From Candidatus Uhrbacteria bacterium (GTDB taxonomy: Bacteria; Patescibacteriota; Patescibacteriia; UBA9934; GWF2-40-263): a stretch of DNA of 64,000 nt. Numbering within the stretch: the stretch's first letter is position 1; every line of letters begins with the position of its first letter. The stretch spans positions 209,432 to 273,431 of the forward strand of contig JAPLZK010000004.1 of NCBI GenBank assembly GCA_026395055.1, in the 5' to 3' direction. A program made the position numbers and the translations under genes. The notes under the pieces are model-generated. The model did no database searches and was not told the origin of the DNA. It was given only the letters and a program-made list of their open reading frames with translations. Shown here one piece after another: positions 29,998 through 40,887 of this stretch.

Positions 29998-31035
29998 ATG
30001 TCCACTCCCATTTCTCAATTTTCTTACGAACTTCCGAAAGAGCTGATCGCACAACACTCTGTTGAGCCACGTGATTCTTCGAAGTTGATGTTGCTCGATC
30101 GAACTACGGGCGAGATTCAACACAAACATTTTTACGATATTGTCGATGAACTCGTCGCCGGGGATGTTTTGGTTTTCAATGACACAAAAGTTTTTCGCGC
30201 GCGCATGATGGGGACCTGTCGCGAACTGGACGTCGAGGCGTTTTTGTTGCGATGTGTCTCGAGTGCAACGCATTCTGTTTGGCAAGCATTACTCCGTCCC
30301 GGAAAGAAAATTTCCGTTGGTGATGTAATTGTGATCGATGATCTCGAGGTTGTTGTGCGAGAGAAACAGGAAGACGGCGTCGCGCTCCTTGAATTTCCCC
30401 TCGACGAAGCTTCTATCCTCTCATTTACCGATACGCACGGATCAATCCCTATTCCGCCATACGTTAACGAAGTGCCAGATGATGCAAATAAATATCAAAC
30501 GGTTTACGCGCGAGAGGTTGGGTCTGTTGCCGCGCCAACAGCGGGATTTCATTTTACAAATGAGTTGCTCGAAAAAATAAAAGCAAAAGGAGTTGAGCTT
30601 GCATTCGTTACGCTGCATGTCGGCATCGGAACGTTTCGACCTGTGCAAACGGAGACAATCGAGGAGCACATCATGCACGCCGAGTTTGTTACGATTTCGA
30701 AAGAGACTTCGGAAACAATTCGTTTGGCAAAAGAAGAGGGGCGACGCGTGATTGCGGTTGGAACAACAACCGTGCGTAGTCTTGAAGGTGTGGCGTTATT
30801 GTTTGGCGGAAAACTTCCAGAAGAATTTTCTGGTGACGTGAATATGTTTATCAAGCCAGGATTTGAATTTAAAGTGATCGATGCGCTCATCACAAATTTT
30901 CATTTACCAAAGTCGACACTTCTTGTATTGGTTTCCGCATTCGCGGGTCGAGAATCTGTTTTGCATGCATACGAAGAAGCGGTTCGCGAGAAGTATCGAT
31001 TCTTTTCGTTTGGGGACGCGATGTTTATCACGTAG
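29998..31035 (+). CDS. queA: SAM:tRNA ribosyltransferase-isomerase
   Basis: YQTVYA, GSVAAPTAGFHF, TLHVGIGTF, TNFHLPKSTL, YRFFSFGDAM. Confidence 0.97.
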   Translation: MSTPISQFSYELPKELIAQHSVEPRDSSKLMLLDRTTGEIQHKHFYDIVDELVAGDVLVFNDTKVFRARMMGTCRELDVEAFLLRCVSSATHSVWQALLRPGKKISVGDVIVIDDLEVVVREKQEDGVALLEFPLDEASILSFTDTHGSIPIPPYVNEVPDDANKYQTVYAREVGSVAAPTAGFHFTNELLEKIKAKGVELAFVTLHVGIGTFRPVQTETIEEHIMHAEFVTISKETSETIRLAKEEGRRVIAVGTTTVRSLEGVALLFGGKLPEEFSGDVNMFIKPGFEFKVIDALITNFHLPKSTLLVLVSAFAGRESVLHAYEEAVREKYRFFSFGDAMFIT

Positions 31036-31095
31036 CTCGCGAGCGACGTGATTTATTCGCAACAAATAAAAAAACAGAGCGTGTGCTCTGCAGAG

Positions 31096-31626
31096 TTACT
31101 TCATTTCCTCGCGTTTGATTTTATCGATGAGCGGCTCTTCTTCGATGCGAATCCGGAATCCATTTTCGATTTGAATATCACACGTGGTGTGATGTGGACG
31201 AACGACTTTTTCGAAGCGAACACTGCAGATTTTGAGACAGCCAAGCAGGTTTTCTGTTCCGGTGAGCGGGTTCCCTTTTATGGTGCGAAGAAGAGGATAG
31301 ATCTCAATATGATCGAATCCACTCATCTGACTACCATCTGGTTTTTGGTCGGAGAGTTCCAAGAACCAAATTTTTCCAAACACGGTCAGAATCGGTTGTG
31401 GTAGTTTGATGATAGCAATGAGACGATCCGAGATTGTGGATTGAAAGAGATAGGGGCTGGCCGTCTCAAAAAGGCGACGCAGATGCTCAAACTCTTCATG
31501 CGAACCGCACTTGTAGCAGATATGATCTGCACGAACCAAGGGTTCAAGCGGTTGGATTGACGACCTGTTAAAGGCCTCTGTGAGCGGCAATGCACCTTCG
31601 TAAAATGCTTCTATGGTTGCAAACAT
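31096..31626 (-). CDS. VOC/YecM-like protein
   Basis: ADHICYKC, LELSDQK, GFDHIE; GAGGGAGG SD. Confidence 0.7.
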   Translation of the reverse strand: MFATIEAFYEGALPLTEAFNRSSIQPLEPLVRADHICYKCGSHEEFEHLRRLFETASPYLFQSTISDRLIAIIKLPQPILTVFGKIWFLELSDQKPDGSQMSGFDHIEIYPLLRTIKGNPLTGTENLLGCLKICSVRFEKVVRPHHTTCDIQIENGFRIRIEEEPLIDKIKREEMK

Positions 31627-31763
31627 GGATCCTCCCTCAAAAAGAACGAATGTATCTGCATCCTCACATAAAATAATGAGGATGTCGATCTTATGGTGTG
31701 ATGAATTGCTCACATGTCTATTCTCCCGTATACTTTTTTAGCTAATTGTTAACAATAGAAACT

Positions 31764-32363
31764 ATGTCTATCAAACTTTACGGTCCACGCGGCGGTTCTG
31801 CTCTTCGCCCACACTGGACATTGCATGAACTCGGAATCGCGTATGAAGCTGTTGCGGTTGATTTTAAAGCAGGGGAACATAAGTCTCCCGCATTTCTTGC
31901 GATGAATCCAGCGGGGCAAGTGCCTGTAATTGAAGTGGATGGATTTTATCTTGCGGAGTCTATTGCGATTGCGCAGTACCTTGCAGAAAAATTTAATCCA
32001 GCGCTTTTTGGAACGCCAGAACAAAAAGCAAAAGGATTACAATGGGCGCTTTGGATTATGTTGAATGTGCAAGCGGGAGGACTTTCTAAAATGGCCATGC
32101 CAAAATTTACGGGCGTTGCAGATGACGAAGGGGTTGAGGCGGGTCGTGCGCATGTTGCAAAGCATTTGCCAATTTTAGAAACGTATCTTGGTGCACATGA
32201 GTATCTTGCGGGAGATGTGTTTACCATTTCTGATATCGATGGTGTTGTGACATTTGGATACAACGCATGGGCAGGATTTGACATGACTCCATTTCCAAAC
32301 GTTCTTGCTTGGATTGCGCGTTGTGAAGATCGTCCAGCGTTTAAGGCAGCGAAGGGGGAATAA
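31764..32363 (+). CDS. glutathione S-transferase family protein
   Basis: NPAGQVP, ESIAI, YLAGDVFTISD. Confidence 0.9.
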   Translation: MSIKLYGPRGGSALRPHWTLHELGIAYEAVAVDFKAGEHKSPAFLAMNPAGQVPVIEVDGFYLAESIAIAQYLAEKFNPALFGTPEQKAKGLQWALWIMLNVQAGGLSKMAMPKFTGVADDEGVEAGRAHVAKHLPILETYLGAHEYLAGDVFTISDIDGVVTFGYNAWAGFDMTPFPNVLAWIARCEDRPAFKAAKGE

Positions 32364-32406
32364 TATCGAAAGACGAATATCGAAATTCGAAAACGAACTT
32401 TAACCT

Positions 32407-33138
32407 ATGTCGATCGCGCTCTCGATAAACAATTTAGAAAAAACATACGCGACCGGAACGAAAGCGTTGAAAGGTGTTTCGTTTAATGTCGAGGAAGGCG
32501 AACTGTTCGCCCTTCTTGGCGCAAACGGCGCGGGAAAGACAACACTCATCGGAATTCTCACGGGGCTCGTAAAGAAAACGGGTGGCACCGCGACGGTGTT
32601 TGGAATCGATCTCGACAAAGAACCGGAAAAAGTTCGAAGTATGATTGGGGTTGTTCCGCAGGAATTTAATTTTTCCATTTGGGAGAAAGTAATCGATATC
32701 GTTGTGGATGCCGCAGGGTATTATGGCATTCCAAAAAAGATTGCGACGCCGCGCGCAGAACAAATTTTAAAAGAACTTGGACTTTGGGAAAAACGCAATG
32801 CAACGTCTCGAACACTGTCTGGTGGAATGAAACGTCGTTTGCTTATTGCACGCGCTCTCGTTCATCAACCAAAGTTATTGCTTCTCGACGAGCCATCCGC
32901 AGGAGTAGATGTTGAGTTGCGTCGCGAGATGTGGTTGTTTGTTCAAAAATTAAACGCAGAGGGCACGACGATCATTCTGACAACGCACTATCTCGAGGAA
33001 GCTGAGCGCTTATGTAAGAACGTCGTACTTATCAAAGAAGGAGTGATTGCAGAGCAGGGAAATATTAAAGAGCTCATGGCAAAAACCGGCGCGCAATCGC
33101 TTGAAGATTTTTATTTGTCTGTAAACAAACGCGTATGA
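32407..33138 (+). CDS. ABC transporter ATP-binding protein (YadG-like)
   Basis: GANGAGKT, LSGGMKRR, LLDEP. Confidence 0.93.
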   Translation: MSIALSINNLEKTYATGTKALKGVSFNVEEGELFALLGANGAGKTTLIGILTGLVKKTGGTATVFGIDLDKEPEKVRSMIGVVPQEFNFSIWEKVIDIVVDAAGYYGIPKKIATPRAEQILKELGLWEKRNATSRTLSGGMKRRLLIARALVHQPKLLLLDEPSAGVDVELRREMWLFVQKLNAEGTTIILTTHYLEEAERLCKNVVLIKEGVIAEQGNIKELMAKTGAQSLEDFYLSVNKRV

Positions 33139-33905
33139 CACGTGCCGATATCGTAGGAATCCAAACCATCACACGAAAAGAAACGCATCGAATCTTTCGT
33201 ATTTGGATTCAGACCATTTTGCCGTCCGTCATGACGCAGACGCTCTACTTTATTATTTTTGGTGGACTCATTGGTTCACGTCTCGGCAATGTTGGTGGCA
33301 CGAGCTACATTGCGTTTCTCGTCCCAGGACTCGTCATGATGTCCGCGATCACAAACTCGTTCTCAAACGTGGTGAGTTCGTTCTTTGGGGCAAAGTTTCA
33401 GAAGTCGATCGAGGAAATTCTCGTGTCTCCAATGAAACCATGGGCCATGCTCACAGGATATTTGAGTGGGGGAGTTGTGCGTGGAGTCGTTGTTGGGTTC
33501 GCGGTGTTTCTTGTGTCTGCATTCTTTACGCCAATGCACATTGCACATCCATTTTCGTTTTTCTATTTTCTTCTCATCACGTGCGTGATTTTTTCCGCCT
33601 TTGGATTCTTTAACGGAATGTTCGCAAAGAAGTTTGATGACGTCGGACTTATTCCAACGTTCGTTCTGACACCACTCACATATCTCGGTGGAGTTTTTTA
33701 TAGCATCACGCTTCTTCCGCCTTTTTGGCGAACCGTGAGTTATGCAAACCCCATCGTCTACATGATCGATGGATTCCGTTATGGATTCTCTGACATCTCG
33801 AGTGCGCCTGTGCTTACAAACGCGATCATTCTGCTTCTTGTTGCGGCTGTTGCGATTGCAATTGATTTGCATTTGCTAAAGAAAGGATTCGGGTTGAGAT
33901 CATAA
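33135..33905 (+). CDS. ABC-2 permease (YadH-like)
   Basis: RIWIQTILP, PLTYLGGVFYS, NPIVYMIDGFRYG. Confidence 0.92.
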   Translation: MTRADIVGIQTITRKETHRIFRIWIQTILPSVMTQTLYFIIFGGLIGSRLGNVGGTSYIAFLVPGLVMMSAITNSFSNVVSSFFGAKFQKSIEEILVSPMKPWAMLTGYLSGGVVRGVVVGFAVFLVSAFFTPMHIAHPFSFFYFLLITCVIFSAFGFFNGMFAKKFDDVGLIPTFVLTPLTYLGGVFYSITLLPPFWRTVSYANPIVYMIDGFRYGFSDISSAPVLTNAIILLLVAAVAIAIDLHLLKKGFGLRS

Positions 33906-33909
33906 TTAT

Positions 33910-34785
33910 ATGCGCATCGCTATCATCACAGGCGGAGAAACGGGAGAACGTGAAGTCTCGATCAACTCCGCAAAAAATGTTGCGAGTGCAATTGGATTTG
34001 CAACACATGAAACGTTTGTGTTCCCGGAAGATCAATCGAAGTTTATCGAGAGCGCATCGACATTCGATCTTGTGATTCCCATGATCCACGGAAAAGGAGC
34101 GGAAGACGGTGCGGTTCAGCAATTATGCGAAGCGCTCGGTCTTCCGTTTTTGTTTTCGCCGATTGATGCGCATAAGATCGGTATCGATAAAGTTCTGACA
34201 AAAGAATTTGTTGATCGAGCGGGAATCAAAACCGCGAAACGCTTCTCGAGAAGTAGTGCGGTGTTTCCTGTTTTTGTGAAACCACGTTTCGGTGGTTCGT
34301 CCGTTCATACTTCGAGGATCGAGAGTGCGGATGCGCTCGAGATATTTCTCGAGAACGTATCCGAAGAGATGATGATTGAAGAAGCGGTGAGTGGTCGAGA
34401 GTTTACGGTCGGTGTTGTCGAACAGAATCCCGGAGATCCAGAAGCTCTCCCTGTTGTTCAGATTGTGTCGCAGAACAAGTTCTTTGACTATGAAAGTAAA
34501 TATAATGCCGATCATCTCGCAAGCGAGATTTGTCCGGCACGAATTGATCGGGCGCTTTCGAGACAGTTGCAAGATGCGGCGATCGCCGCACATACATTGA
34601 TTGGCGCATCGCACATTTCTCGTTCAGATTTTATTGTGACCGATGCGGGAGAGATTTATTTTCTCGAGATCAACACGATTCCGGGGCTAACGAATTCGTC
34701 GCTTGTGCCAAAGATGTTGAACACAGCGAACATTTCTTTTCAGAGACTTCTCGAGAAATGGTGTCGTGATGCGTGTGCGACATAG
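33910..34785 (+). CDS. ddl: D-alanine--D-alanine ligase
   Basis: GGETGEREVS, HGKGAEDG, GSS, FDYESKY, EINTIPG. Confidence 0.93.
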   Translation: MRIAIITGGETGEREVSINSAKNVASAIGFATHETFVFPEDQSKFIESASTFDLVIPMIHGKGAEDGAVQQLCEALGLPFLFSPIDAHKIGIDKVLTKEFVDRAGIKTAKRFSRSSAVFPVFVKPRFGGSSVHTSRIESADALEIFLENVSEEMMIEEAVSGREFTVGVVEQNPGDPEALPVVQIVSQNKFFDYESKYNADHLASEICPARIDRALSRQLQDAAIAAHTLIGASHISRSDFIVTDAGEIYFLEINTIPGLTNSSLVPKMLNTANISFQRLLEKWCRDACAT

Positions 34786-34862
34786 ACAATGTCTTGACTT
34801 GTTTCGTTTTGTGCGATAGGTTCTTCTGTTCATTCAAAGGCGTGGTGCCTGAGGAGGTGAAC

Positions 34863-35231
34863 ATGTTTGCCGTACGTTCTGCAATCGGATTCCTTGTGAT
34901 CGTTTTTGGGTGGTACGAAATGGCGAAGTACTCCCATGCCGCGAACTATTGGGAGCACATTTATCCAATTCTGTTGCACCTGGTCTTCGGATTCGGAATT
35001 CTGCTCGCGGTCGGTACGCGGGTCAAGATGCCCAAGTGGTTCAATGCACTGTCTTGGATCTGCGGCTTGAGCACGGTCGTCTGGGGGTTCTTCTGCGCAA
35101 ACAAGTTTTTTGATATCAACGAATCGCCCCATTATTTGGATGCATTCGGCATGTTGTTCATTTTGGTCACGGTTGGCTTGTTCTTTACGGCGGCTGACAA
35201 GGTCATTCAGACCATCAAAGAAAGCAACTGA
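34863..35231 (+). CDS. 4-TM hypothetical membrane protein (orphan)
   Basis: GGAGGTGA SD; terminator at about 35237-35261. Confidence 0.7.
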   Translation: MFAVRSAIGFLVIVFGWYEMAKYSHAANYWEHIYPILLHLVFGFGILLAVGTRVKMPKWFNALSWICGLSTVVWGFFCANKFFDINESPHYLDAFGMLFILVTVGLFFTAADKVIQTIKESN

Positions 35232-35389
35232 CACCTATCACCGATTTTCGGTGATTTTTTCTTTTAAAACCCATCTGTCCATTGACAAAAACCCATTTTT
35301 TTATTATATTCATATCTTGCTTTGTGCAGGTCGACGAATGTCGAAAGTGTTTCAACAGCCAACAATGTTCATCAAAAGCGAGGAATGTC

Positions 35390-36136
35390 ATGGATTTCGT
35401 ACAGATTCTTCAGCAAGTGCTTCCGGAACATGCCGGTAAGGTCAAGAATGTGAAAGGTCTCGAGGGTGTTACGCTCAAAAATGGTCAGTTCGTAATTATT
35501 TTTGGGGACAAGAGTCTTGTGACGCGTATGGGGATGCCGGTCACCGAAGGTGGTGTTCCGATCCAGACTCAGAGATATGAGTTTCAGCATGAGACAGGCA
35601 ATTGCTCAAAAGAAGGAGTTCTGTTCGTCGCCGATTCGCCCATGGCCATTCAATGTGAGATCTATACCATGGGCTATGATGGGTCTCATCGAATCGTTGT
35701 GGCACATCGTTATTGCGATGATGTGTTGCAACACGAGTTTGATCCGCAATTCGAAACGAACGGCACGAAAGAATTTCATGGTTCGAGATGGGTTCGGTGG
35801 ACTGAGATCATGCGAGCTCTTGATCTCAAATCATTCAAAACAATCGCAATTCACCACAATTTTTTGTCAGGCATGGCCCTTTTATGGAAAGAGGGAACGC
35901 TATGGGAAGAAGAGGTTTGGGATTACGAACACGAGCTCGTTCTTCAAGCTGGTGTTTCACAGTTTGGTCCAGAGGAGGGCTGGCTCTCCAATCTGCCACG
36001 CGAGAGTGATCCCCCAGAAGAAATCACAGAGTTTTTCGAACAACTTTGGGTTTTCGATGAAGAATTGGTTGTGCTCCAAGCGCTCACCCGATTCGGAGTC
36101 TCGGGTCCTTTGCCAATAGAACAAAAGGCGGCTTAA
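35390..36136 (+). CDS. acidic hypothetical protein (orphan)
   Basis: TTGACA(35282)-17-TATATT; GAGGA SD; terminator at about 36146-36178. Confidence 0.7.
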   Translation: MDFVQILQQVLPEHAGKVKNVKGLEGVTLKNGQFVIIFGDKSLVTRMGMPVTEGGVPIQTQRYEFQHETGNCSKEGVLFVADSPMAIQCEIYTMGYDGSHRIVVAHRYCDDVLQHEFDPQFETNGTKEFHGSRWVRWTEIMRALDLKSFKTIAIHHNFLSGMALLWKEGTLWEEEVWDYEHELVLQAGVSQFGPEEGWLSNLPRESDPPEEITEFFEQLWVFDEELVVLQALTRFGVSGPLPIEQKAA

Positions 36137-36198
36137 GGCCACTTCGCCCTTATCGATCTCTTCGATGAGGGCTTTTTTCATCCCAAAACCCAGAATTC

Positions 36199-36328
36199 TT
36201 GACGTATCCTCACAATTTCCTTATACTCCCGACATAATTTATAACATCAGATGGGTTAAACATTTACGGATCCTCCCCCAAGACTGGCTTGCGGGCCTGT
36301 GAATTGTCCATCGACGAACAAAAGGAAT
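36199..36328 (+). promoter_or_regulatory. rpsB promoter and structured leader
   Basis: TTGACG-17-TATACT at 36199-36227; leader can pair GATGG/CCATC and TTTACGG/CTGTGAA. Confidence 0.6.
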
Positions 36329-37090
36329 ATGCCAAAAATGCCAAATTTGGTCGAAATGCTCCAAGCGGGAATGCATTACGGCCACGGTGCCTCACACTGG
36401 CACCCAAAAATGGGACCGTTTATTTACGCGGAAAAGAGCGGAATTCACATTATTGACCTTGAAAAAACACAAGTTCAATTGGAAGCTGCGCTTAATACTT
36501 TGAAGGAAATTGCATCTCGTGGGGGTGTTATTCTCTTTGTTGGAACAAAAGTTCAAGCAAAAGGAATCGTTCAAAAGTATGCGGAAGCGTGCGGAATGCC
36601 ATTCGTAACAGAACGATGGTTAGGTGGAACCCTTACAAACTTTCAACAATTGAAAGAAACGTTGAAGCGTTTGAAAATGTTGAAAGATCAGCGTGAAAAG
36701 GGAGAACTCAAAAAATACACAAAGAAAGAACAATTGTTGCTTTCTCGTGAAATTGAAGAAATGGAAGTGAAGATTGGTGGAATCCAACACATCACAAAAG
36801 TTCCAGACGCGATTTTCGTCATCGACGTGCGTAACGAAAAGACGGCTGTGAAGGAAGCGCAAGTAACACACACAAAAGTAATTGCTGTGTGTGATACAAA
36901 CGTCAATCCAAAAGGAGTAGACGCAATCATTCCAGCAAACGATGACGCGGTGAAGTCTATCGAACTCGTTTGTAAGCTTGCGTGTGAAGCGGTGAAAGAA
37001 GGAAAAGCAAACATGGCAAAAATTGTTGCAGACAAAGCTGCAGCAGACAAAGCATCCGTAAAGGAAGTTACAACAGAAGCGGGTGCTTAG
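36329..37090 (+). CDS. rpsB: 30S ribosomal protein S2
   Basis: AGMHYGH, RWLGGTLTN, IPANDDA. Confidence 0.98.
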   Translation: MPKMPNLVEMLQAGMHYGHGASHWHPKMGPFIYAEKSGIHIIDLEKTQVQLEAALNTLKEIASRGGVILFVGTKVQAKGIVQKYAEACGMPFVTERWLGGTLTNFQQLKETLKRLKMLKDQREKGELKKYTKKEQLLLSREIEEMEVKIGGIQHITKVPDAIFVIDVRNEKTAVKEAQVTHTKVIAVCDTNVNPKGVDAIIPANDDAVKSIELVCKLACEAVKEGKANMAKIVADKAAADKASVKEVTTEAGA

Positions 37091-37129
37091 TTTTTCGAAC
37101 GAACAATCCAAATACTAAACACCAAGATT

Positions 37130-37717
37130 ATGTCCATTACAGCGAGCCAAGTTGCCGAGCTTCGAGAAAAAACCGGAGCCGGACTCATGGATGCAAAACG
37201 CGCCCTTGAAGAAACAGGGGGAGACATGGAAAAAGCAGCTGAGGATCTTCGTAAGAAGGGAATCGCAAAGGCGGGAAAGAAATCTGATCGCGAAACACAT
37301 GAAGGTCGTGTGCATGCGTACATTCACTCAAATGCAAAGCTTGGGGCAATGGTTCAAGTGCTTTGTGAAACAGATTTCGTTGCGCGTACAGAAGCGTTTA
37401 TTGATTTGTGTAACGATATTGCCATTCACGTCAGTGCAATGGATCCAATGTATCTTACGCGTGCGGATGTTCCGGCTGACGTTGTTGCAAAGGAGCAAGA
37501 ACTTACGCGTGGAGAACTTGCAGCACAAAACAAACCAGCAGACGTGATTGAAAAAATCATGGAAGGAAAGATGAATAAGTTTTTTGGAGAAAATGTTCTG
37601 ATGGAACAAGCCTTCATTAAAGATGATTCAAAAACCGTGGAAGAATTTTTGAAGGAAAAGATGTCTGTTCTCGGTGAGAACATGCAAATCAAACATTTTG
37701 CACGATTTAGTTTCTAA
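37130..37717 (+). CDS. tsf: elongation factor Ts (short form)
   Basis: LREKTGAGLMDAK, CETDFVA. Confidence 0.97.
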   Translation: MSITASQVAELREKTGAGLMDAKRALEETGGDMEKAAEDLRKKGIAKAGKKSDRETHEGRVHAYIHSNAKLGAMVQVLCETDFVARTEAFIDLCNDIAIHVSAMDPMYLTRADVPADVVAKEQELTRGELAAQNKPADVIEKIMEGKMNKFFGENVLMEQAFIKDDSKTVEEFLKEKMSVLGENMQIKHFARFSF

Positions 37718-37720
37718 AAC

Positions 37721-37755
37721 GACCACCCCCAACCCCTCCTTGTAAAGGAGGGGAG
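37721..37755 (+). repeat. REP-like hairpin repeat, copy 2
   Basis: GACCACCCCCAACCCCTCCTTGTAAAGGAGGGGAG; 34/35 identical to 62454-62488. Confidence 0.85.
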
Positions 37756-37885
37756 AAAAACCCGGCTCACACAAGTGGCCGGGTTTTTGATTTTTTGTAA
37801 AAAATGTTAAACTATTCCGGACTTATCCACTGCTCCCCTAACGTTGGGGTGGGCGGCGAGATCTTTATTCTTCATTGATTTTTTT

Positions 37886-38896
37886 ATGCTTCGAGTTGCT
37901 ATTAACGGGTTTGGTCGTATTGGCCGCGTGGCTCTTCGTGCGGCTTATGAACGTAAGGATCTTGAAATCGTTGCCATTAATGACCTTACAGAGCCTGCAA
38001 CGCTCGCACATTTGTTGAAGTATGATTCCACCTTTCGTGTTTGGGCGCATGATGTAAAGGCTGGAAAGGATCATCTTGTGATCGATGGTGTAAAAATTCC
38101 CGTGCTTACGGCAATGGATCCTGCAACCCTTCCCTGGAAAGATTTGAAGGTAGATGTGGTTATTGAATCCACGGGACGTTTCACAAAGAAGGAAGATGCA
38201 GGGAAGCACATTACTGCTGGAGCAAAGCGCGTTGTTATTTCGGCACCGTCTGAGGATGCACCAACGTACTTGATGGGCGTGAATCACAAACTTTGTAAAA
38301 AAACAGATACGGTTGTGAATAATGCGTCGTGTACCACAAACTCTGTTGGACCTGCTGTGCAAATCATGACAGAGACACTCGGAGTAAAGAAAGCCATGCT
38401 TACAACCATCCACTCCGTCACCATGGAACAGAATCTTGTGGATGGACTTCCACCAAAGATGCACCCTGACCTTCGTCGTGCTCGTTCTGCGCTTATCAAC
38501 ATCGTTCCAACTTCAACGGGTGCCGCAAAAGCAACGACAGAAGTTGTGACTTCGCTTAAGAATAAGTTTGATGGTATTGCAATTCGTGTTCCATCCATCG
38601 ACGTTTCACTTACAGACTTCACCTTCGTCGTTGGAAAGAAGACCACAAAAGAAGAAGTAAACAAAATCTTTAAAGATGCGGCCAAGTCTCCTCGCTGGAA
38701 AGGAATCTTGGGAGTCACAGAAGAACCACTTGTTTCCACGGACTTTATTCAGACTCCATTTGGTTCCGTTGTTGATCTTCAAATGACACGCGTTGTTGAT
38801 GGGGATCTGGTAAAAGTTCTTGCGTGGTATGACAACGAATGGGGATACACACAGCGTCTCCTCGACCTTGTTCAATACGTTGGAAAACTAAAATAG
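37886..38896 (+). CDS. gap: glyceraldehyde-3-phosphate dehydrogenase
   Basis: INGFGRIGR, NASCTTN, WYDNEWGY. Confidence 0.97.
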   Translation: MLRVAINGFGRIGRVALRAAYERKDLEIVAINDLTEPATLAHLLKYDSTFRVWAHDVKAGKDHLVIDGVKIPVLTAMDPATLPWKDLKVDVVIESTGRFTKKEDAGKHITAGAKRVVISAPSEDAPTYLMGVNHKLCKKTDTVVNNASCTTNSVGPAVQIMTETLGVKKAMLTTIHSVTMEQNLVDGLPPKMHPDLRRARSALINIVPTSTGAAKATTEVVTSLKNKFDGIAIRVPSIDVSLTDFTFVVGKKTTKEEVNKIFKDAAKSPRWKGILGVTEEPLVSTDFIQTPFGSVVDLQMTRVVDGDLVKVLAWYDNEWGYTQRLLDLVQYVGKLK

Positions 38897-38900
38897 TTTT

Positions 38901-39398
38901 ATGAAAACATCGTCGTTTGATCGTCTCGCCCACGCAACCGATGCGAAAGGATTTATTGTCTTTTGTATTTTGTTGCGTTTTGGTATGGCAATTTTGTTGA
39001 TCTATGCCGCATGGGCCAAGATTACAACTCCAGATTGGAGTGCGGCAGGATACTTAAGGTTTGCAAGCGGTCCGTTTGCACATTGGTTTCAGTCCATGGC
39101 GGGAAATGCGATTGTTGATCATCTTGTGATGTATGGTGAACTCCTCATCGGACTTGCGTTTTTATTTGGGTGCTTTATAAAGCCTGCGGCATTTTTTAAT
39201 ATCATCCTTATGATGTTATTTTATGTTTCTGGATGGGTGATGAATACAGCACACGGTCCCGTGAATGATCATGTTATTTTCATGCTTGTTTCTGGATTGT
39301 TTTTATTTGGAGAATTTGGTCATTGGTACGGATTGGATTATTGGATCGCGCGAACAAAATTTGTTCAGTCCAAACCTTGGCTTTTGCAACTCTTTTAG
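38901..39398 (+). CDS. DoxX family membrane protein
   Basis: WSAAGYL, GELLIG, YGLD; 4 TM. Confidence 0.75.
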   Translation: MKTSSFDRLAHATDAKGFIVFCILLRFGMAILLIYAAWAKITTPDWSAAGYLRFASGPFAHWFQSMAGNAIVDHLVMYGELLIGLAFLFGCFIKPAAFFNIILMMLFYVSGWVMNTAHGPVNDHVIFMLVSGLFLFGEFGHWYGLDYWIARTKFVQSKPWLLQLF

Positions 39399-39409
39399 AT
39401 TCTGGATGT

Positions 39410-40597
39410 ATGAAATTGCGCAAACTTAAATCAGACGCAGATTTGGCGGGGAAGCGCGTCTTGATTCGTATTGATGGAAATGTTCCCATCAAAAAAGGAA
39501 AAGCTGTGGACGGCCCACACGGACGCATTACGCGTTCTGCAGTTGATATTGATTGGTTGTCACAACGTGGAGCGAAAGTGATCGTTCTTTCTCATCTTGG
39601 ACGACCAGATGGAAAGCGCGTTGCTTCATGTTCATTGAAGCCAATCGCGAAACGTCTGAGTGGACTGTTGAAATGTCGTATTACTCTAAGTAAAGACATT
39701 GTAGGTCCAAAAGTTGTGAAGCGCATTGAGAACATGAAAAACGGAGATGTGTTGCTTCTCGAAAATTTGCGATTCGATGCGCGCGAAGAATCGAACGCCC
39801 CTTCGTTTGCACAGGCGCTCGCTTCGCTTGGAGATATTTATGTGAATGATGCGTTTGCGGTTTCACATCGCGCGCACGCTTCTGTGGACGCGATTGTGTC
39901 CGATCTTCCATCTTACGCGGGACCATTGCTCGCAAACGAGATCACGGTGCTTTCAAAGCTTGATAAAGGAATGAAGCACCCGTTTGTTCTTGTAATGGGT
40001 GGACTCAAAATTGAAACAAAACTTCCCGTCATTGAACGTTTCCTTGGTTCCGCAGAAAAAATTCTGATCGGTGGTGCACTTGCAACAACGTTTCTTGTTG
40101 CGCAAGGATATGCCGTAGGAAAATCTGTGTATGATGTGGACGGAGTGAAAGAAGCAAAAGCACTCCTTGCAAAAGCAAAAGACAAACTTGTTTTACCGGT
40201 AGATGTAATTGTTTCAAGTTCCGTGCGAAAAGATGCACAGACACGTTGTGTGACCGTTGATAAGGTAAAGGCAAGCGATCGTATTGTAGATTTAGGAAAG
40301 AAAACCGTTGCGCATTTTGAAGATGAACTTGAACACGCAAAAACCGTTGTGTGGAATGGTCCTCTTGGCATGACAGAGATTCCAAAGTTTTGTTCTGGCA
40401 CACTCGCGGTTGCAAAAGCGATTGCAGAACGTACGGGGTCGGCCACAACGATTGTTGGAGGAGGAGATACCGTTCCTGTTTTGGAAGCTGCACATCTTGC
40501 AGATAAATTCACGCTTCTTTCCACGGGTGGCGGAGCTCTTCTTGAATTTTTGGGAGGAAAGACACTGCCAGGATTAGAGGTGTTGGAATCTGAATAA
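39410..40597 (+). CDS. pgk: phosphoglycerate kinase
   Basis: SHLGRP, LENLRF, WNGPLG, GGGDT, STGGGA. Confidence 0.96.
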   Translation: MKLRKLKSDADLAGKRVLIRIDGNVPIKKGKAVDGPHGRITRSAVDIDWLSQRGAKVIVLSHLGRPDGKRVASCSLKPIAKRLSGLLKCRITLSKDIVGPKVVKRIENMKNGDVLLLENLRFDAREESNAPSFAQALASLGDIYVNDAFAVSHRAHASVDAIVSDLPSYAGPLLANEITVLSKLDKGMKHPFVLVMGGLKIETKLPVIERFLGSAEKILIGGALATTFLVAQGYAVGKSVYDVDGVKEAKALLAKAKDKLVLPVDVIVSSSVRKDAQTRCVTVDKVKASDRIVDLGKKTVAHFEDELEHAKTVVWNGPLGMTEIPKFCSGTLAVAKAIAERTGSATTIVGGGDTVPVLEAAHLADKFTLLSTGGGALLEFLGGKTLPGLEVLESE

Positions 40598-40609
40598 CTC
40601 TTTTTTTCT

Positions 40610-40867
40610 ATGTCTGATAAAGAAACAAAAATTTCCTTGCATATTGAATTACTTGAACAAGCGCAGTCGCTCATGACCGCGGGTTTTGCGCTCGTTGCTG
40701 CCCTTGCGTGGAATACAGCCATTCAAGATCTTTTTAAACTTTTGTTTCCGGATCAGAGTTCTCTCATTGCAAAATTTCTGTACGCCCTGTTGATTACGCT
40801 TATCATGATTGTTGTGACACGACGTTTAGGAAAAACGATCTCTGCTTTGAAATCAAAAATTAAGTAA
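40610..40867 (+). CDS. small 2-TM protein (DUF5654-like)
   Basis: GFALVAALAWNTAI motif. Confidence 0.75.
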   Translation: MSDKETKISLHIELLEQAQSLMTAGFALVAALAWNTAIQDLFKLLFPDQSSLIAKFLYALLITLIMIVVTRRLGKTISALKSKIK

Positions 40868-40887
40868 CAATCCCCATTCCATTTTTT